64,000 bases of DNA from an uncultured Gammaproteobacteria bacterium (GCA_964385285.1 CAYLOJ010000004.1:7736-71735); one strand, 5' to 3'; numbered from the stretch's first letter, positions 29,866 through 40,373 are shown. Notes: generated by a model not told the origin, from the letters alone. Numbers and translations: made by a program.

Positions 29866-32800
29866 TTATTCTTGATTAGATTCAGAACTGGCTTCTACTG
29901 CGGGTGTAGCCGCATCTGCGATGGCAGCAGCATCCGCTGGTAGGACCGGCATAGAACTATCAACCTCGGTGTCGACCTCACTACCAAGGACCTTGCCTTC
30001 TTGAGAGAACAATTCCACAGATAATCCCAAGCCTTTTAATTCACGAATCAACACATTGAAGGATTCTGGTACGTTCACTTTATGAATTGGCTCACCTTTG
30101 ATCACCGCTTCATAAGCTTTCGAACGACCAGGAACATCATCCGATTTAATCGTCAGAATTTCTTGTAACATGTGTGCTGCACCATAAGCTTCGAGTGCCC
30201 ATACTTCCATTTCACCAAAGCGCTGACCACCGAACTGAGCTTTACCGCCCAATGGCTGTTGTGTGACCAAGGAGTATGGTCCGATTGAACGTTGGTGAAT
30301 CTTATCATCTACCATGTGGTTCAGTTTCAACATGTAAGCGATACCACAGGTGACTTTATGCATGAAGCGTTCACCGGTACGACCATCGACTAAGACGATC
30401 TTACCATCTTCTGGATAACCCGCTTTTTTCAACTCACCTTTAATGTCTGCTTCGGAGACACCTTGGAATGGCATCGCAGCAACTTTATAGCCAAGCGCCT
30501 GAGCAGCTAAGCCCAAATGCACCTCTAATACCTGGCCCAAGTTCATACGAGACACGATACCTAATGGGTTCAACATGATATCGACTGGACGACCGTCGGC
30601 CATATAAGGCATATCTTCAACTGGAACGATACGAGAGATCACACCTTTGTTACCGTGGCGACCAGCCATCTTATCACCCACTTGAATCTTACGCAGTTGT
30701 GCTACAGATACTTGAATCGTTTTGGTGACGCCAGATGGTAACTTATCACCGTTGTCTTTAGAGAACAGTTTCACATCTACAACTTTACCGTGTTCGCCGT
30801 GCTCCAAATACATGGAAGAATCTTTCACATCTTTGGATTTTTCACCGAAGATCGCGCGCAATAGTTTTTCTTCAGCGGATAATTCAGTCTCACCTTTTGG
30901 AGTGATCTTACCAACCAAGATATCGCCAGATTTTACCTGAGCACCAATACGCACAATACCATTCTCATCGAGATCCTTGAGTTTCTCTTCAGAAACATTT
31001 GGGATATCGCGAGTGACCACTTCAGGTCCTAATTTCGTATCGCGGACATCCATTGTATATTCTTCAATATGAATAGATGTGTATTTGTCGTCCTGCACTA
31101 CACGCTCAGAGATCAAGATAGCATCTTCGTAGTTACCACCTTCCCAAGGCATGTATGCAACCAACACATTCTGACCAAGCGCCAACTCACCATTTTCAGT
31201 GGAAGCACCATCTGCTAAGACATCACCTTCTTCTAATTTCATGCCAGGCACAACGATTGGCTTCTGATTCATACAGGTAGAAGCATTGGAGCGGAGGAAG
31301 TTACCTAAATCATAGGTATCAATGCCTTCTTTAGTTTTGATAGTGACGCGATGAGCCGAAACATGTTCAACTACACCTGCGTGTTTGGCTACCACTGCCT
31401 GTCCAGAATCTACCGCTGCACGATATTCCATACCGGTACCGATAATCGGAGCATCAGGGCGCACCAAGGACACAGCTTGACGTTGCATGTTTGTACCCAT
31501 CAACGCGCGCACCGCATCATTATGTTCCACGAATGGAATCATGGCTGTCGCTACAGAAATAATTTCTTTTGGAGAAACGTCGACATAATCAATATTCCAG
31601 ACATGATCTAATTCTGGACGACCATATTTACGTACTTCGACACGCTCTTTGACGAACTTACCTTTTTCATCCAATTCTACAGTCGCAGCTGTTGTGACAG
31701 ATCGTTCTTCCTCAAATGCATCTAAATAGACAATATCATCAGTCACGCGAGCAGTTTTGTTCTTTGGATCCTTTTCTACTTTACGATAAGGAGTTTCAAT
31801 AAAACCATAGGCATTCACGCGTGCATAGGACGAAAGATGGCCAACCAAACCAATGTTCGGACCTTCTGGAGTAGCAATCGGACAGATGCGACCATAGTGA
31901 GTACGATGCACATCACGAACTTCGAAACCAGCACGCTCACGTGATAGACCACCAGGCCCCGTCGCGGAGAGACGACGTTTGTGTTCGAGTTCAGCTAATG
32001 GATTGGTTTGATCCATGAATTGAGATAGCTGTGAACTCATGAAGAATTCACGAATCGAACCGATCACTGGACGAGCGTTAATCAATTGACCAGGAGTTAA
32101 AGTCGTAATGTCTTTGGTAGACATACGATCTTTAACGATACGTTCCATACGTGCTAAACCGATGCGGAATTTATTCTGCACCAACTCACCTACAGCACGA
32201 ACGCGACGGTTACCCAAATGATCAATATCATCAGCTTCTTCTTGGGTGTTGTTCAAACGGATAATTTCACGAATCACTGCAATCACATCTTCACGCATCA
32301 AGACACGAGTTTTTGGAGAGATCTCCTGATCAAATTGGAAGCGTTTGTTGATTTTGTAACGACCAACGCGACCGAAGTCGTAACGGTTGAAGTTGAAGAA
32401 CATGGCGTGAATCAAACCACGAGCATTATCGACAGTGGCCAAATCGCCTGGGCGGATACGTTTGTAAACTTCTTTCAAACCTTCACCTTCCGATTTAGAA
32501 GTATCTTTGGCCAATGTAGCTTCGATATATTTATTTTCTGCATCCGTATCAATATCTTGGAATAAAGGAATAATGTCTGTGTTGTTGGAATAGCCATAAG
32601 CCCGGAGTAATGCAGAGACGGCTACTTTACGTTTGCGATCAATTTTTACGTAGATCACATTGTTGGCATCGGTTTCAAACTCTAACCAAGCACCACGGTT
32701 AGGAATGATTTTGGCACCATAGTAATTTCGGCCCCGAATATTTTCTGAGGTGAAAAACACACCTGCAGAACGAATCAATTGGGAAACCACAACGCGTTCA

Positions 32801-33183
32801 ATCCCATTCACAATGAACGTGCCGCGATCGGTCATTAATGGGAAATCGCCCAAATAGACCTCTTGCTCTTTAATCTCTTTAGTACGCTTGTTTACTAAGC
32901 GAGTATTCACGCGTAGAGCAGCCTCGTACGTGACGTTCTTAGCTTTAGCTTGATTTTCATCAAAGCGAGGTTCGTCTAAATAATAGTCGTCGAAATGTAA
33001 TTCCAAATCACGACTGGTGAAATCCGCAATGGGCGAGATCTCTTCGAATAGTTCTTTCAACCCTTCGGTTAAGAACCACTCGTAGGAGGTACGCTGGACT
33101 TCAATTAAATTCGGAAGATTAATCGCATCGTGGATCGGTGCGAATGTCTTGCGATAGGATGGGATATCGCTGGTTTTTGCCAT
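29866..33183 (-). CDS. rpoB: DNA-directed RNA polymerase subunit beta
   Basis: 1105 aa with canonical beta-subunit conserved blocks ([14 protein letters not shown] etc.). Confidence 0.95.
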   Translation of the reverse strand: MAKTSDIPSYRKTFAPIHDAINLPNLIEVQRTSYEWFLTEGLKELFEEISPIADFTSRDLELHFDDYYLDEPRFDENQAKAKNVTYEAALRVNTRLVNKRTKEIKEQEVYLGDFPLMTDRGTFIVNGIERVVVSQLIRSAGVFFTSENIRGRNYYGAKIIPNRGAWLEFETDANNVIYVKIDRKRKVAVSALLRAYGYSNNTDIIPLFQDIDTDAENKYIEATLAKDTSKSEGEGLKEVYKRIRPGDLATVDNARGLIHAMFFNFNRYDFGRVGRYKINKRFQFDQEISPKTRVLMREDVIAVIREIIRLNNTQEEADDIDHLGNRRVRAVGELVQNKFRIGLARMERIVKDRMSTKDITTLTPGQLINARPVIGSIREFFMSSQLSQFMDQTNPLAELEHKRRLSATGPGGLSRERAGFEVRDVHRTHYGRICPIATPEGPNIGLVGHLSSYARVNAYGFIETPYRKVEKDPKNKTARVTDDIVYLDAFEEERSVTTAATVELDEKGKFVKERVEVRKYGRPELDHVWNIDYVDVSPKEIISVATAMIPFVEHNDAVRALMGTNMQRQAVSLVRPDAPIIGTGMEYRAAVDSGQAVVAKHAGVVEHVSAHRVTIKTKEGIDTYDLGNFLRSNASTCMNQKPIVVPGMKLEEGDVLADGASTENGELALGQNVLVAYMPWEGGNYEDAILISERVVQDDKYTSIHIEEYTMDVRDTKLGPEVVTRDIPNVSEEKLKDLDENGIVRIGAQVKSGDILVGKITPKGETELSAEEKLLRAIFGEKSKDVKDSSMYLEHGEHGKVVDVKLFSKDNGDKLPSGVTKTIQVSVAQLRKIQVGDKMAGRHGNKGVISRIVPVEDMPYMADGRPVDIMLNPLGIVSRMNLGQVLEVHLGLAAQALGYKVAAMPFQGVSEADIKGELKKAGYPEDGKIVLVDGRTGERFMHKVTCGIAYMLKLNHMVDDKIHQRSIGPYSLVTQQPLGGKAQFGGQRFGEMEVWALEAYGAAHMLQEILTIKSDDVPGRSKAYEAVIKGEPIHKVNVPESFNVLIRELKGLGLSVELFSQEGKVLGSEVDTEVDSSMPVLPADAAAIADAATPAVEASSESNQE

Positions 33184-33416
33184 AAGTGCTTTGATTAGGG
33201 CAGATAAAAATACACCACTACTAGGGCCATTAGTAGCGGGTAAATGAATTAACTAATTTGTGGTTGTTTTCTTCACTCGGGCCGAAAGAGTGTAGTAATA
33301 AGGTTTTTGATGCTTCCTGCAACACGAATTCGGGAAAAAGATCAGGCCTTACTCTACTAAGGTTATCCACCTGTGTCAACGGCTGACCCCAGAGGTTGTC
33401 AACTGTTTATCCACAC

Positions 33417-33445
33417 ATTACAGTGATTTTTTATTCTTTTGTCAA
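33417..33445 (-). promoter_or_regulatory. Candidate promoter for rpoBC (TTGACA-17-TGTAAT on the minus strand). Two further TTGACA boxes lie downstream, and the leader is ~230 nt.
   Basis: Minus-strand TTGACA at 33440-33445, a 17-nt spacer, TGTAAT at 33417-33422. Additional minus-strand TTGACA copies at 33397-33402 and 33374-33379. Confidence 0.45.
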
Positions 33446-34762
33446 CTAAAAACCTAGTCTCGTCAACTCTTCGCGCGCGACCGTACGGTCATCCCAAGGC
33501 TCTTTTTTGCCTTTGGCACGGCAAATCTTCTGATCTGCTCCTTTGCAGGTTAAAAACACTACATCACCCGGTTTGGCCATTTGAAAGGCAGCAACAATGG
33601 CTTGGCGGCGATCGGGAATCACCCAAGCATTCTGGTTAAAGGTTTTGCCACCACCAGCTACCCCTTCTGCCACCTGCTGCATAATCACCATGGGGTCATC
33701 ATCATACGGATCCTCATCTGTCACCACGACATAGTCACAGATCAATCCCGCTACTTTTCCGTTCTCATAGCGCCGCGAAACATCGCGACCGCCGCCGGTA
33801 CTACTAATTAAGGTAATCAGCTTCTGGTTGGGTTTCAACTTCTTCCAGAAACTATAGAGTAACCCCAAACTCACGGGTTCGTACGCGTAATCTACAATCA
33901 CAGTGAAGGATTGTCCCGCCTCAATTCGTTCCATCCGACCAGGGATTAACCCAACTGGAGCCAACCCTCTTTTAATCGTGGGATAATCTAATCCTTGGGT
34001 TAAAGCAACCCCAATTGCGGAAGTAATATTATCTAAGTTCCATTCACCCAGTAGTCGGCTTGTCATGGGGTGACCATTTACTGAAAAACTTAGCCCCTCA
34101 GCCGATTCTTGTACATTACTAACCACTAAATTGGCATCTGCGTTGTCGTGACGTGTCCAAACAATTTTAGTGGGCACTAATGCAGCATTGGCAAACTCCC
34201 CAACAAATTCTGAATCACCATTTAACACTACTGCCTTATTCACTGTTTGTTTATGCAACTCTTTAGCAGGCAACTTCGATAAATGATGGAACAGCTGTAA
34301 CTTAGCTTGTTTGTAGTTTTCAAAACTGCCGTGCGCATCAATGTGTTCTGGAAATAGATTGGTCCAAGCGGCTACATCATAATGAATGCCAAAATGACGC
34401 CATTGTTTGATCCCTTCTGAAGAAGTTTCTACAACCGCATATTGGCAACCGGCGGCAACCATATCAGCTAACAATTTCTGCAACTGACTACGGCCTAACA
34501 TCGTCATCTTCGATGGATTAACCCACTCCTTGTCACCAATTCTAAAGTTTGCGGTAGTGGCAATACCAACGGTGTATCCCGCGGCTGTTAACATATACCA
34601 AATCAGATTGGCGGTGGTGGATTTTCCTTTCGTTCCGGTTACGCCAATGACAATGAGCTGTTTAGATGGATAGTGAAATTTCCAAGCCGCCAAACGCGCA
34701 AACAGTTTATGATACGCACTTAACCAACTCGCTGGAATCAATTTTTTAATTAGCTGTTTCAT
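33446..34762 (-). CDS. Mur ligase family protein (MurE/MurF-like, short N-terminal domain)
   Basis: GVTGTKGKSTT P-loop, NLFPEHIDAHGSFENY, DYAYEP, GGGRD motifs. 438 aa. Confidence 0.65.
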   Translation of the reverse strand: MKQLIKKLIPASWLSAYHKLFARLAAWKFHYPSKQLIVIGVTGTKGKSTTANLIWYMLTAAGYTVGIATTANFRIGDKEWVNPSKMTMLGRSQLQKLLADMVAAGCQYAVVETSSEGIKQWRHFGIHYDVAAWTNLFPEHIDAHGSFENYKQAKLQLFHHLSKLPAKELHKQTVNKAVVLNGDSEFVGEFANAALVPTKIVWTRHDNADANLVVSNVQESAEGLSFSVNGHPMTSRLLGEWNLDNITSAIGVALTQGLDYPTIKRGLAPVGLIPGRMERIEAGQSFTVIVDYAYEPVSLGLLYSFWKKLKPNQKLITLISSTGGGRDVSRRYENGKVAGLICDYVVVTDEDPYDDDPMVIMQQVAEGVAGGGKTFNQNAWVIPDRRQAIVAAFQMAKPGDVVFLTCKGADQKICRAKGKKEPWDDRTVAREELTRLGF

Positions 34763-35108
34763 GCAGATAATTGAAGGCCATTACAAAGAGATGTGCAAAG
34801 GTCAGGCAGATTACTAAAGCCCATTCGTACCATACCAACACACCAATGGGAGAGACTTTCTTGGCCCGCATCCATTGAGTGAGCACCTGAAACACAAACG
34901 CTACTGCAGTTAAGGCAAATAGCATACCAATAAATGATAGCCACAACAGATTGAGTACTAAGGCGATGCCGACAATCACACTGGCGCCTAACAACCACCA
35001 AGTTGCTCGTTTGGCTTTTGGCCACTCCGCAGGAGCTTGGCGATGTACAAAATATAATGTCACCCACTGAACCACAATCATGATGTAACTCACTAAGATC
35101 AGGATCAT
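34746..35108 (-). CDS. Small membrane protein (3-4 TM)
   Basis: ORF track, hydrophobic helices. An alternative frame, ORF 34759..35124, was judged less likely. Confidence 0.3.
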   Translation of the reverse strand: MILILVSYIMIVVQWVTLYFVHRQAPAEWPKAKRATWWLLGASVIVGIALVLNLLWLSFIGMLFALTAVAFVFQVLTQWMRAKKVSPIGVLVWYEWALVICLTFAHLFVMAFNYLHETAN

Positions 35109-36940
35109 AATTTAATGGTTTCAATTTTACTCAAGGAACTTTCGTTACCTAAATCGTCAATCGCACGGACTTTATAATAATACCGCTGTCCACTCTGTAC
35201 GGTAACATCTGTATATTTGCGTGTTGTAATTTCTCCAGACAACGAACGATATTGGCCATCGCGTGTTTCTGAACGATAAACCTTATAAGCTTGCGTATGT
35301 TCCCCGATTGGTCGATACCAGCGTAATTCAACCGTGCCATCATTTTGCTCCGTCAGACTACGCCAAGTAGGGCGTTTAATTTTACGATCCACTAAGTATT
35401 GAAATTCCGTTAAGTCTGAAGTGCGTCCTTCACTATCCAACGTTTTAATCCGTAAGCGATAGGTACGTTCATTGCCATGCAGTGATGTGGTTGGCTCATA
35501 GTGACGTGAGGTCTGGAGCGTACCATAGACAACCGGATCCAAGCGTTCACGGCCGAAGTAGACATAGTAGCCAGTAATATCCACCACACTGCTAGGTTCA
35601 GACCACTGAAAATATGGAGTCTGATCTTTCGTCCGTTCTGCATTGGCCACGGCAACACTGCGACTACTCGAACGATAGCCTGTAACGGAAACTGGGTCTG
35701 GCGCCAACTGATCGTGCACGGCATTTACGACAGCGGCTGCGTTTACCCTGCCTGCTCCTAACGTACTATCGTTGATATCTTCCGCATGATCCGCAATCAA
35801 CGCACTTACCTCAGTAGGAGTTAGGTTAGGATCAATCGACAGAGCTAACGCTGCAATACCACTCACCACGGGTGTAGCCATCGACGTACCAGACATGTAT
35901 CCATATTCATCATCTAGTGATGGGTATGTTCCCGTATCATCGTAGTAGAATGTGTTGTAAATCTCTTGACCAGGCGCAGCGACATCGACACAATCATCTC
36001 CATAATTACTGAAATAAGCAATGACATCACTATCATCTGTAGCGCCTACTCCGATCACGTTATCAAAACAGGCTGGATAAAATGGATCGGTATTTAAATC
36101 TGTCGCATCATTGCCAGCCGCGGCCACTAACACCACTCCGGCTGCAAAGGCATCTTCCATAGACGCTTGTTCAGTTTGACTTCTGCCACTGCCACCATAA
36201 CTCATATTAATGACATCTGCGCCATTAGCCACCGCATATGCCACGGCTTCCGCTACTTCACTGGTCTGACTTTCACCATCATCGTTAAAAATTTTTAACG
36301 GCATAATCGATACATTCCAGTTCACGCCTGTCCCACCGATACCATTATTGGGCTCGGCACCAATGGTACCGGCCACGTGCGTACCATGAATGACATAGTC
36401 ATGTGTGAAGACCAGGGATGATGGTTGTGCGGAGGGATTATTATCAGCGTTTACAAAATCCCAGCCGTTCACATCATCCACATAGCCATTGGCATCATCA
36501 TCGATTCCGTTGTCAGCAACTTCTCCTGGATTGATCCAAATATTATTAACTAAATCTGGATGGTTCAGATCTATCCCTGTATCAATCACGGCTACGACAA
36601 TATCGTTACTACCAGTGGTTTCATCCCACGCGGCCTCAGCATCAATATCCTGATCACTGGTTTGTTCTAAATACCACTGTCGATCGTACTCAGGATCATT
36701 GGGTAGTACGGCTAAATACCGCTTATAGTTTGGTTCAACATACTCTACCCGGCTATCCTGATTAAACAGATCAATGGCCGTAGTCACATCACTGACACGA
36801 ACCGTAGAAACGGTATCGGGCAATGCCGGCGTTTCCTTCCACTTGATTAACACCTCATTTTCGACGTAATCTTCAGCAAATACGGGTCCGGATAATACCA
36901 AACCAACCAGCGCCATCATCATTATTCTTCCTACCTGCAT
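35105..36940 (-). CDS. Secreted subtilisin-like serine protease (peptidase S8) with a C-terminal fibronectin type III-like domain
   Basis: Catalytic triad motifs VAVIDTGID, HGTHVAGTIG, GTSMATPVVSG. N-terminal signal peptide. C-terminal YRLRIKTLDSEGR...YYYKVRAIDDLGNES, which is FN3-like. Confidence 0.85.
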   Translation of the reverse strand: MQVGRIMMMALVGLVLSGPVFAEDYVENEVLIKWKETPALPDTVSTVRVSDVTTAIDLFNQDSRVEYVEPNYKRYLAVLPNDPEYDRQWYLEQTSDQDIDAEAAWDETTGSNDIVVAVIDTGIDLNHPDLVNNIWINPGEVADNGIDDDANGYVDDVNGWDFVNADNNPSAQPSSLVFTHDYVIHGTHVAGTIGAEPNNGIGGTGVNWNVSIMPLKIFNDDGESQTSEVAEAVAYAVANGADVINMSYGGSGRSQTEQASMEDAFAAGVVLVAAAGNDATDLNTDPFYPACFDNVIGVGATDDSDVIAYFSNYGDDCVDVAAPGQEIYNTFYYDDTGTYPSLDDEYGYMSGTSMATPVVSGIAALALSIDPNLTPTEVSALIADHAEDINDSTLGAGRVNAAAVVNAVHDQLAPDPVSVTGYRSSSRSVAVANAERTKDQTPYFQWSEPSSVVDITGYYVYFGRERLDPVVYGTLQTSRHYEPTTSLHGNERTYRLRIKTLDSEGRTSDLTEFQYLVDRKIKRPTWRSLTEQNDGTVELRWYRPIGEHTQAYKVYRSETRDGQYRSLSGEITTRKYTDVTVQSGQRYYYKVRAIDDLGNESSLSKIETIKL

Positions 36941-36982
36941 AGAGCGTATTAAACCACATAATTCTATGCTATACTAGGCCAC

Positions 36983-37996
36983 ATGAAACGAGTTTGTTTA
37001 ATCCATACGGGTGGCACGATCACCATGACCAAGAATGCGGAAGGCGTGCTAGAACCGGGCAGCCTACGAGAACACATCCTTCAGTACGTTCCTAGTATCC
37101 AAGATATCGCAGAAATTGATCACGTTGTACTGTTTCAACTAGACAGTTCTGACATTAATCCTAAGCACTGGTCGCAGATTGCCGCTGCCATTGGCGAACG
37201 GTATCATCAATATGATGGTTTTGTAATTTTGCATGGCACGGATACGATGGCTTACACAGCCACTGCGCTGTCATTTATGTTAGGAAATCTGAGCAAACCA
37301 GTCATTATCACTGGTGCACAACTTCCTATTTCTGAAATTGGATCGGATGGAGTAAACAACTTGTTAAACTCTGTACGCTTTGCTTGTGAATCGCTCTCTG
37401 AAGTAGCAATTATGTTTGGTCACCGCTTAATTCGTGGAAACCGGGCAAAAAAAATGTCACAGACACATTTTGATGCCTTCGAATCACCTAACATTGCATC
37501 ATTGGCCAAATTAGGCACAGAACTAAAATTAGAAGATCATGTCATCGTCCGACGCAGTAACGAACTACAACTACATACGAAGCTTGTAACGGATGTCGCC
37601 TTCATTAAAATTTTCCCTGGAATCAGTAATGAGTTCATTTTAGGGATGATTCCAACCCGAACAAAAGCGGTCATCATGGAAGCGTACGGCACGGGTAATT
37701 TTCCCCTCGGTGAAGACGGTATTCAGCAAGCCATTGATGCTATTAGCCATCAGGGAATCATTACCGTGATTGCTACACAGTGCATTTATGGCGCTGTAGA
37801 ATATGAAAAGTACCAAGGTGGTTTCTTTGCCAAACAACATGGTGCGTTGTCTGCACATGACATGACTAGCGAAGCTGCCTTGATTAAGTTGATGTGGGTA
37901 CTAGGGCAAAGTTCAGACTACGAGCAAATTAAGCGTTTGTACCATACGAATTTAGTTGGCGAACTAACGGAACGAGATCTCGATGACCGCAACTGA
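36983..37996 (+). CDS. ansA: L-asparaginase, type I (cytoplasmic)
   Basis: CLIHTGGTITM catalytic Thr motif and HGTDTMAYTA. Confidence 0.8.
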   Translation: MKRVCLIHTGGTITMTKNAEGVLEPGSLREHILQYVPSIQDIAEIDHVVLFQLDSSDINPKHWSQIAAAIGERYHQYDGFVILHGTDTMAYTATALSFMLGNLSKPVIITGAQLPISEIGSDGVNNLLNSVRFACESLSEVAIMFGHRLIRGNRAKKMSQTHFDAFESPNIASLAKLGTELKLEDHVIVRRSNELQLHTKLVTDVAFIKIFPGISNEFILGMIPTRTKAVIMEAYGTGNFPLGEDGIQQAIDAISHQGIITVIATQCIYGAVEYEKYQGGFFAKQHGALSAHDMTSEAALIKLMWVLGQSSDYEQIKRLYHTNLVGELTERDLDDRN

Positions 37997-39035
37997 TTTT
38001 AAAAAAATTCAATCCGCTACTTTTTTTGGCGCACTCATCGGCATTACATTATTATTTTTGTGGATGCTGGCTCCCTATGTGTATCCAGTGTTCTGGGCTG
38101 CGGTATTAGCCGCAATGTTTCATCCGTTGTATTTACGCATCTACGGTCGCGTACAACGACCTAACGTAGCTGCTGGTTTGACTGAGCTCATTATTTTTTT
38201 GATCTTCCTCATCCCTATCACTGGTTTGATGACCCTGATTGTTCAACAAGCATTCTCTGTTTATCAGATGTTTGGCAATCAAGAGACCTTTACCTCTCTG
38301 ACGTTAGCAATACAAGAAATTGTGGCACATCCCTGGATTAAACAATTTATCGGTAGTGTCAATATTTCAGAACAGTTGTCCAACTTCACGAATGCCGCCT
38401 CCAGTTTTGCTTATGGCGTTGTTACGACTGGCGGTCAAAATACAGCTCGGTGGATTATCCAATTCTTTATCATGATGTATACACTGTTTTTCTTTTTGAA
38501 AGATGGTAAAAAATTCTTAAAACGTTTGATGCATTTATTACCGTTGGGTGATGAATATGAGGAGCGTCTCTATCAACGTTTTGTTTCTACCACCCGAGCT
38601 ACCCTGAAAGGAACGATTGTCATCGGTACTGTGCAGGGCACCATTGGTGGCATCGCACTATTAATTGCCGGTGTACCAGGAGCTATCTTTTGGGCAGTGA
38701 TTATGATTGTCTTTTGCATTATTCCTGGAGTTGGTGCCGCAATCGTGCTGGTACCTACGGCCATTATTCTGGCCATCACCGGTGCTTGGTGGCAGATGAT
38801 TGTGGTATTAGTAGCCTTGCTAATTGCCGGTACGATTGATAACTTCCTGCGCGGTCCGTTAGTAGGCAAGGATACTCAAATGCATCCTCTATTTATCTTC
38901 TTTTCCACCTTAGGAGGTTTATTGGCCTTCGGTATTTCTGGAGTCGTCATTGGTCCGGTCATCACTGCTTTCCTTATTAGCATTTGGGGAATGTATGAGG
39001 AGAAGTATCATGCAGATTTAGTGCGGGAAGGTTAA
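37983..39035 (+). CDS. AI-2E family transporter (PerM/UPF0118)
   Basis: ~8 TM, 350 aa, glycine-rich TM pattern typical of the family. Confidence 0.65.
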   Translation: MTATDFKKIQSATFFGALIGITLLFLWMLAPYVYPVFWAAVLAAMFHPLYLRIYGRVQRPNVAAGLTELIIFLIFLIPITGLMTLIVQQAFSVYQMFGNQETFTSLTLAIQEIVAHPWIKQFIGSVNISEQLSNFTNAASSFAYGVVTTGGQNTARWIIQFFIMMYTLFFFLKDGKKFLKRLMHLLPLGDEYEERLYQRFVSTTRATLKGTIVIGTVQGTIGGIALLIAGVPGAIFWAVIMIVFCIIPGVGAAIVLVPTAIILAITGAWWQMIVVLVALLIAGTIDNFLRGPLVGKDTQMHPLFIFFSTLGGLLAFGISGVVIGPVITAFLISIWGMYEEKYHADLVREG

Positions 39036-39075
39036 TGTATTACCTCTCACTCCATTCCTATTCTTAACATTCGAC

Positions 39076-39103
39076 ATCTCCCCTTTCCGGGGAGATTTGG
39101 TTT
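39076..39103 (+). terminator. Rho-independent terminator after the AI-2E transporter gene
   Basis: atctcccc-tttcc-ggggagat hairpin followed by TTGGTTT. Confidence 0.6.
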
Positions 39104-39140
39104 AGCAAAACAAAGCTCTCTGCAAGAGGTATATTCATAC

Positions 39141-39194
39141 GAAAAAGATGAACCCCCGAGACCGGCGATTCATCGCTGCAGTTCACGGGGGTTT
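39141..39194 (-). terminator. Candidate terminator downstream of the high-GC amidase gene (minus strand)
   Basis: aacccccg...cgggggtt 8-bp stem with a structured loop, followed on the minus strand by CTTTTTC. Confidence 0.4.
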
Positions 39195-39267
39195 GAAAAT
39201 GCGTTTAATCACATCATCCTCCTAGGTTGAATGGGGTGCGTGCTCCCCTTGTGATTGTTGTAGCTCG

Positions 39268-40212
39268 TCAGTAGCCGCAGTCCTGGCACCAGTCGACGTG
39301 GTCCTGGATGTCCGGAAGCTCGTCGTAGAGCTGATCACCCGGGCACTCGGTAGTGCCATAGTCGCGATGACCCTTGATCACCGTACTGTTGGTGATGCCA
39401 GCTTCGAACATCACCCGCGCCACCACCGCTTCGAGCGTCTGAAGCTCCGTGGCGGTCGGCGTGACGCTGGTGAAGTCGCCCACCAACGAAATACCGACGT
39501 AGCCGGTGTTGTAGCCACTCGTGTGTGCACCCACGCACCACATGCTCGAGAACGAGCCGGTGCTGGTACACATGCGACCCTCGTAGATGTGCAGGCCGGC
39601 TGCGTCCTCGCACACCATCATCTGGTAGCCGATGTCACCCCAACCGTGATCAGGGCCGAAGATGTGGTAGTTCGCCACCGCAGCAACATAGGCGTCGCAG
39701 TCCGTGGTGTCGGCGGCCGTGTGGTGAATCGTCACCGCAATCGGCGCGTGCTCGCTGGGCGGCCAGTCGAGACTATCCGAATACCAACCGTAGCCGTAGT
39801 CGGCGTTCAACTCATCCCCCACGTCATAGGACGTCGGGAAGTTCGACACGCTAGGCCAGGAAGGAATCGGCGGATAGTAGCCAGCGACGATCGCGTCCTC
39901 CACGTCTGCAGAGTTGCTCCAGTCGGTCACGCCACTGCTCTGCGTGATGAGGCTCGCGCCCCACACGCTGCGGTCGGTCGTCATCAGACCCTGCCCGCAC
40001 AGCGCGGCAGCATCTGCACACTCGTCCGGCGCAGTGTCGGTGTCCGTGTTGGTGTCGCCAGTGTCTCCGGAATCCGTGTTGGTGTCCTGCGAATCGGTGT
40101 GCGTGTCCGAGTCGGAATCACCCGAGTCGGTCGACACACCAGTGTCAGTGGGAAAGGGCTTCGTGCCCATGTCGTCCCCATTGTTGCAGGCGAACAGCAG
40201 AATGAACGTCAT
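39268..40212 (-). CDS. N-acetylmuramoyl-L-alanine amidase (PGRP / amidase_2 family), putative lipoprotein with an Asp/Thr-rich linker. Horizontally acquired (high GC).
   Basis: IAVTIHHTA, NYHIFGPDHGWGDIGYQ, GAHTSGYNTGYVGISLVGDF and GHRDYGTTECPG are amidase_2 signatures. The N-terminus MTFILLFAC has a lipobox-like LFAC. GC >60% versus ~45% background. GGAG SD. Confidence 0.8.
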   Translation of the reverse strand: MTFILLFACNNGDDMGTKPFPTDTGVSTDSGDSDSDTHTDSQDTNTDSGDTGDTNTDTDTAPDECADAAALCGQGLMTTDRSVWGASLITQSSGVTDWSNSADVEDAIVAGYYPPIPSWPSVSNFPTSYDVGDELNADYGYGWYSDSLDWPPSEHAPIAVTIHHTAADTTDCDAYVAAVANYHIFGPDHGWGDIGYQMMVCEDAAGLHIYEGRMCTSTGSFSSMWCVGAHTSGYNTGYVGISLVGDFTSVTPTATELQTLEAVVARVMFEAGITNSTVIKGHRDYGTTECPGDQLYDELPDIQDHVDWCQDCGY

Positions 40213-40305
40213 TACGATCTCCAGGGTGGATGTACTTTGCTGAGAGGCTGTTGAAGAATAACAAGCCTACGATGACTACACAAATTTAGGAGGATTCGTG
40301 ACAAA

Positions 40306-40360
40306 CCGAAGAAAAACCGAAGTTATCCACAGCCAAGCTTGACCTTCGGTTTTTATTCGG
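40306..40360. promoter_or_regulatory. Candidate LexA operator / lexA autoregulatory region: CCGAAG-N5-CCGAAG ...21 nt... CTTCGG-N5-ATTCGG
   Basis: Direct repeats at 40306 and 40317 (11-bp phasing). Inverted copies at 40344 and 40355 overlap a putative TTGACC(40339)-17-TAACGT(40362) promoter 6 nt before the lexA ATG. Confidence 0.3.
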
Positions 40361-40373
40361 TTAACGTAGATGC

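Noticed and set aside
26313-33183. Numerous 60-130-aa ORFs on the strand opposite rpoB/rpoC
   Set aside because: They lie entirely within strongly supported RNAP genes and have no independent signals.
34759-35124. Alternative 121-aa ORF overlapping the small membrane ORF
   Set aside because: Cys/Ser-rich, non-protein-like composition. The other frame gives clean TM helices.
39298-40254. 318-aa plus-strand ORF (Arg/His/Val-rich) opposite the amidase gene
   Set aside because: Shadow ORF created by the absence of stop codons in high-GC DNA. It has biased Arg-rich composition, whereas the minus-strand frame encodes a clean amidase_2 domain.
40288-40340. AGGAGGA Shine-Dalgarno-like sequence plus GTG 14-codon uORF upstream of lexA
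   Set aside because: The SD-to-GTG spacing is only 3-4 nt and the peptide is not conserved-looking. It is probably a fortuitous purine run within the operator region.
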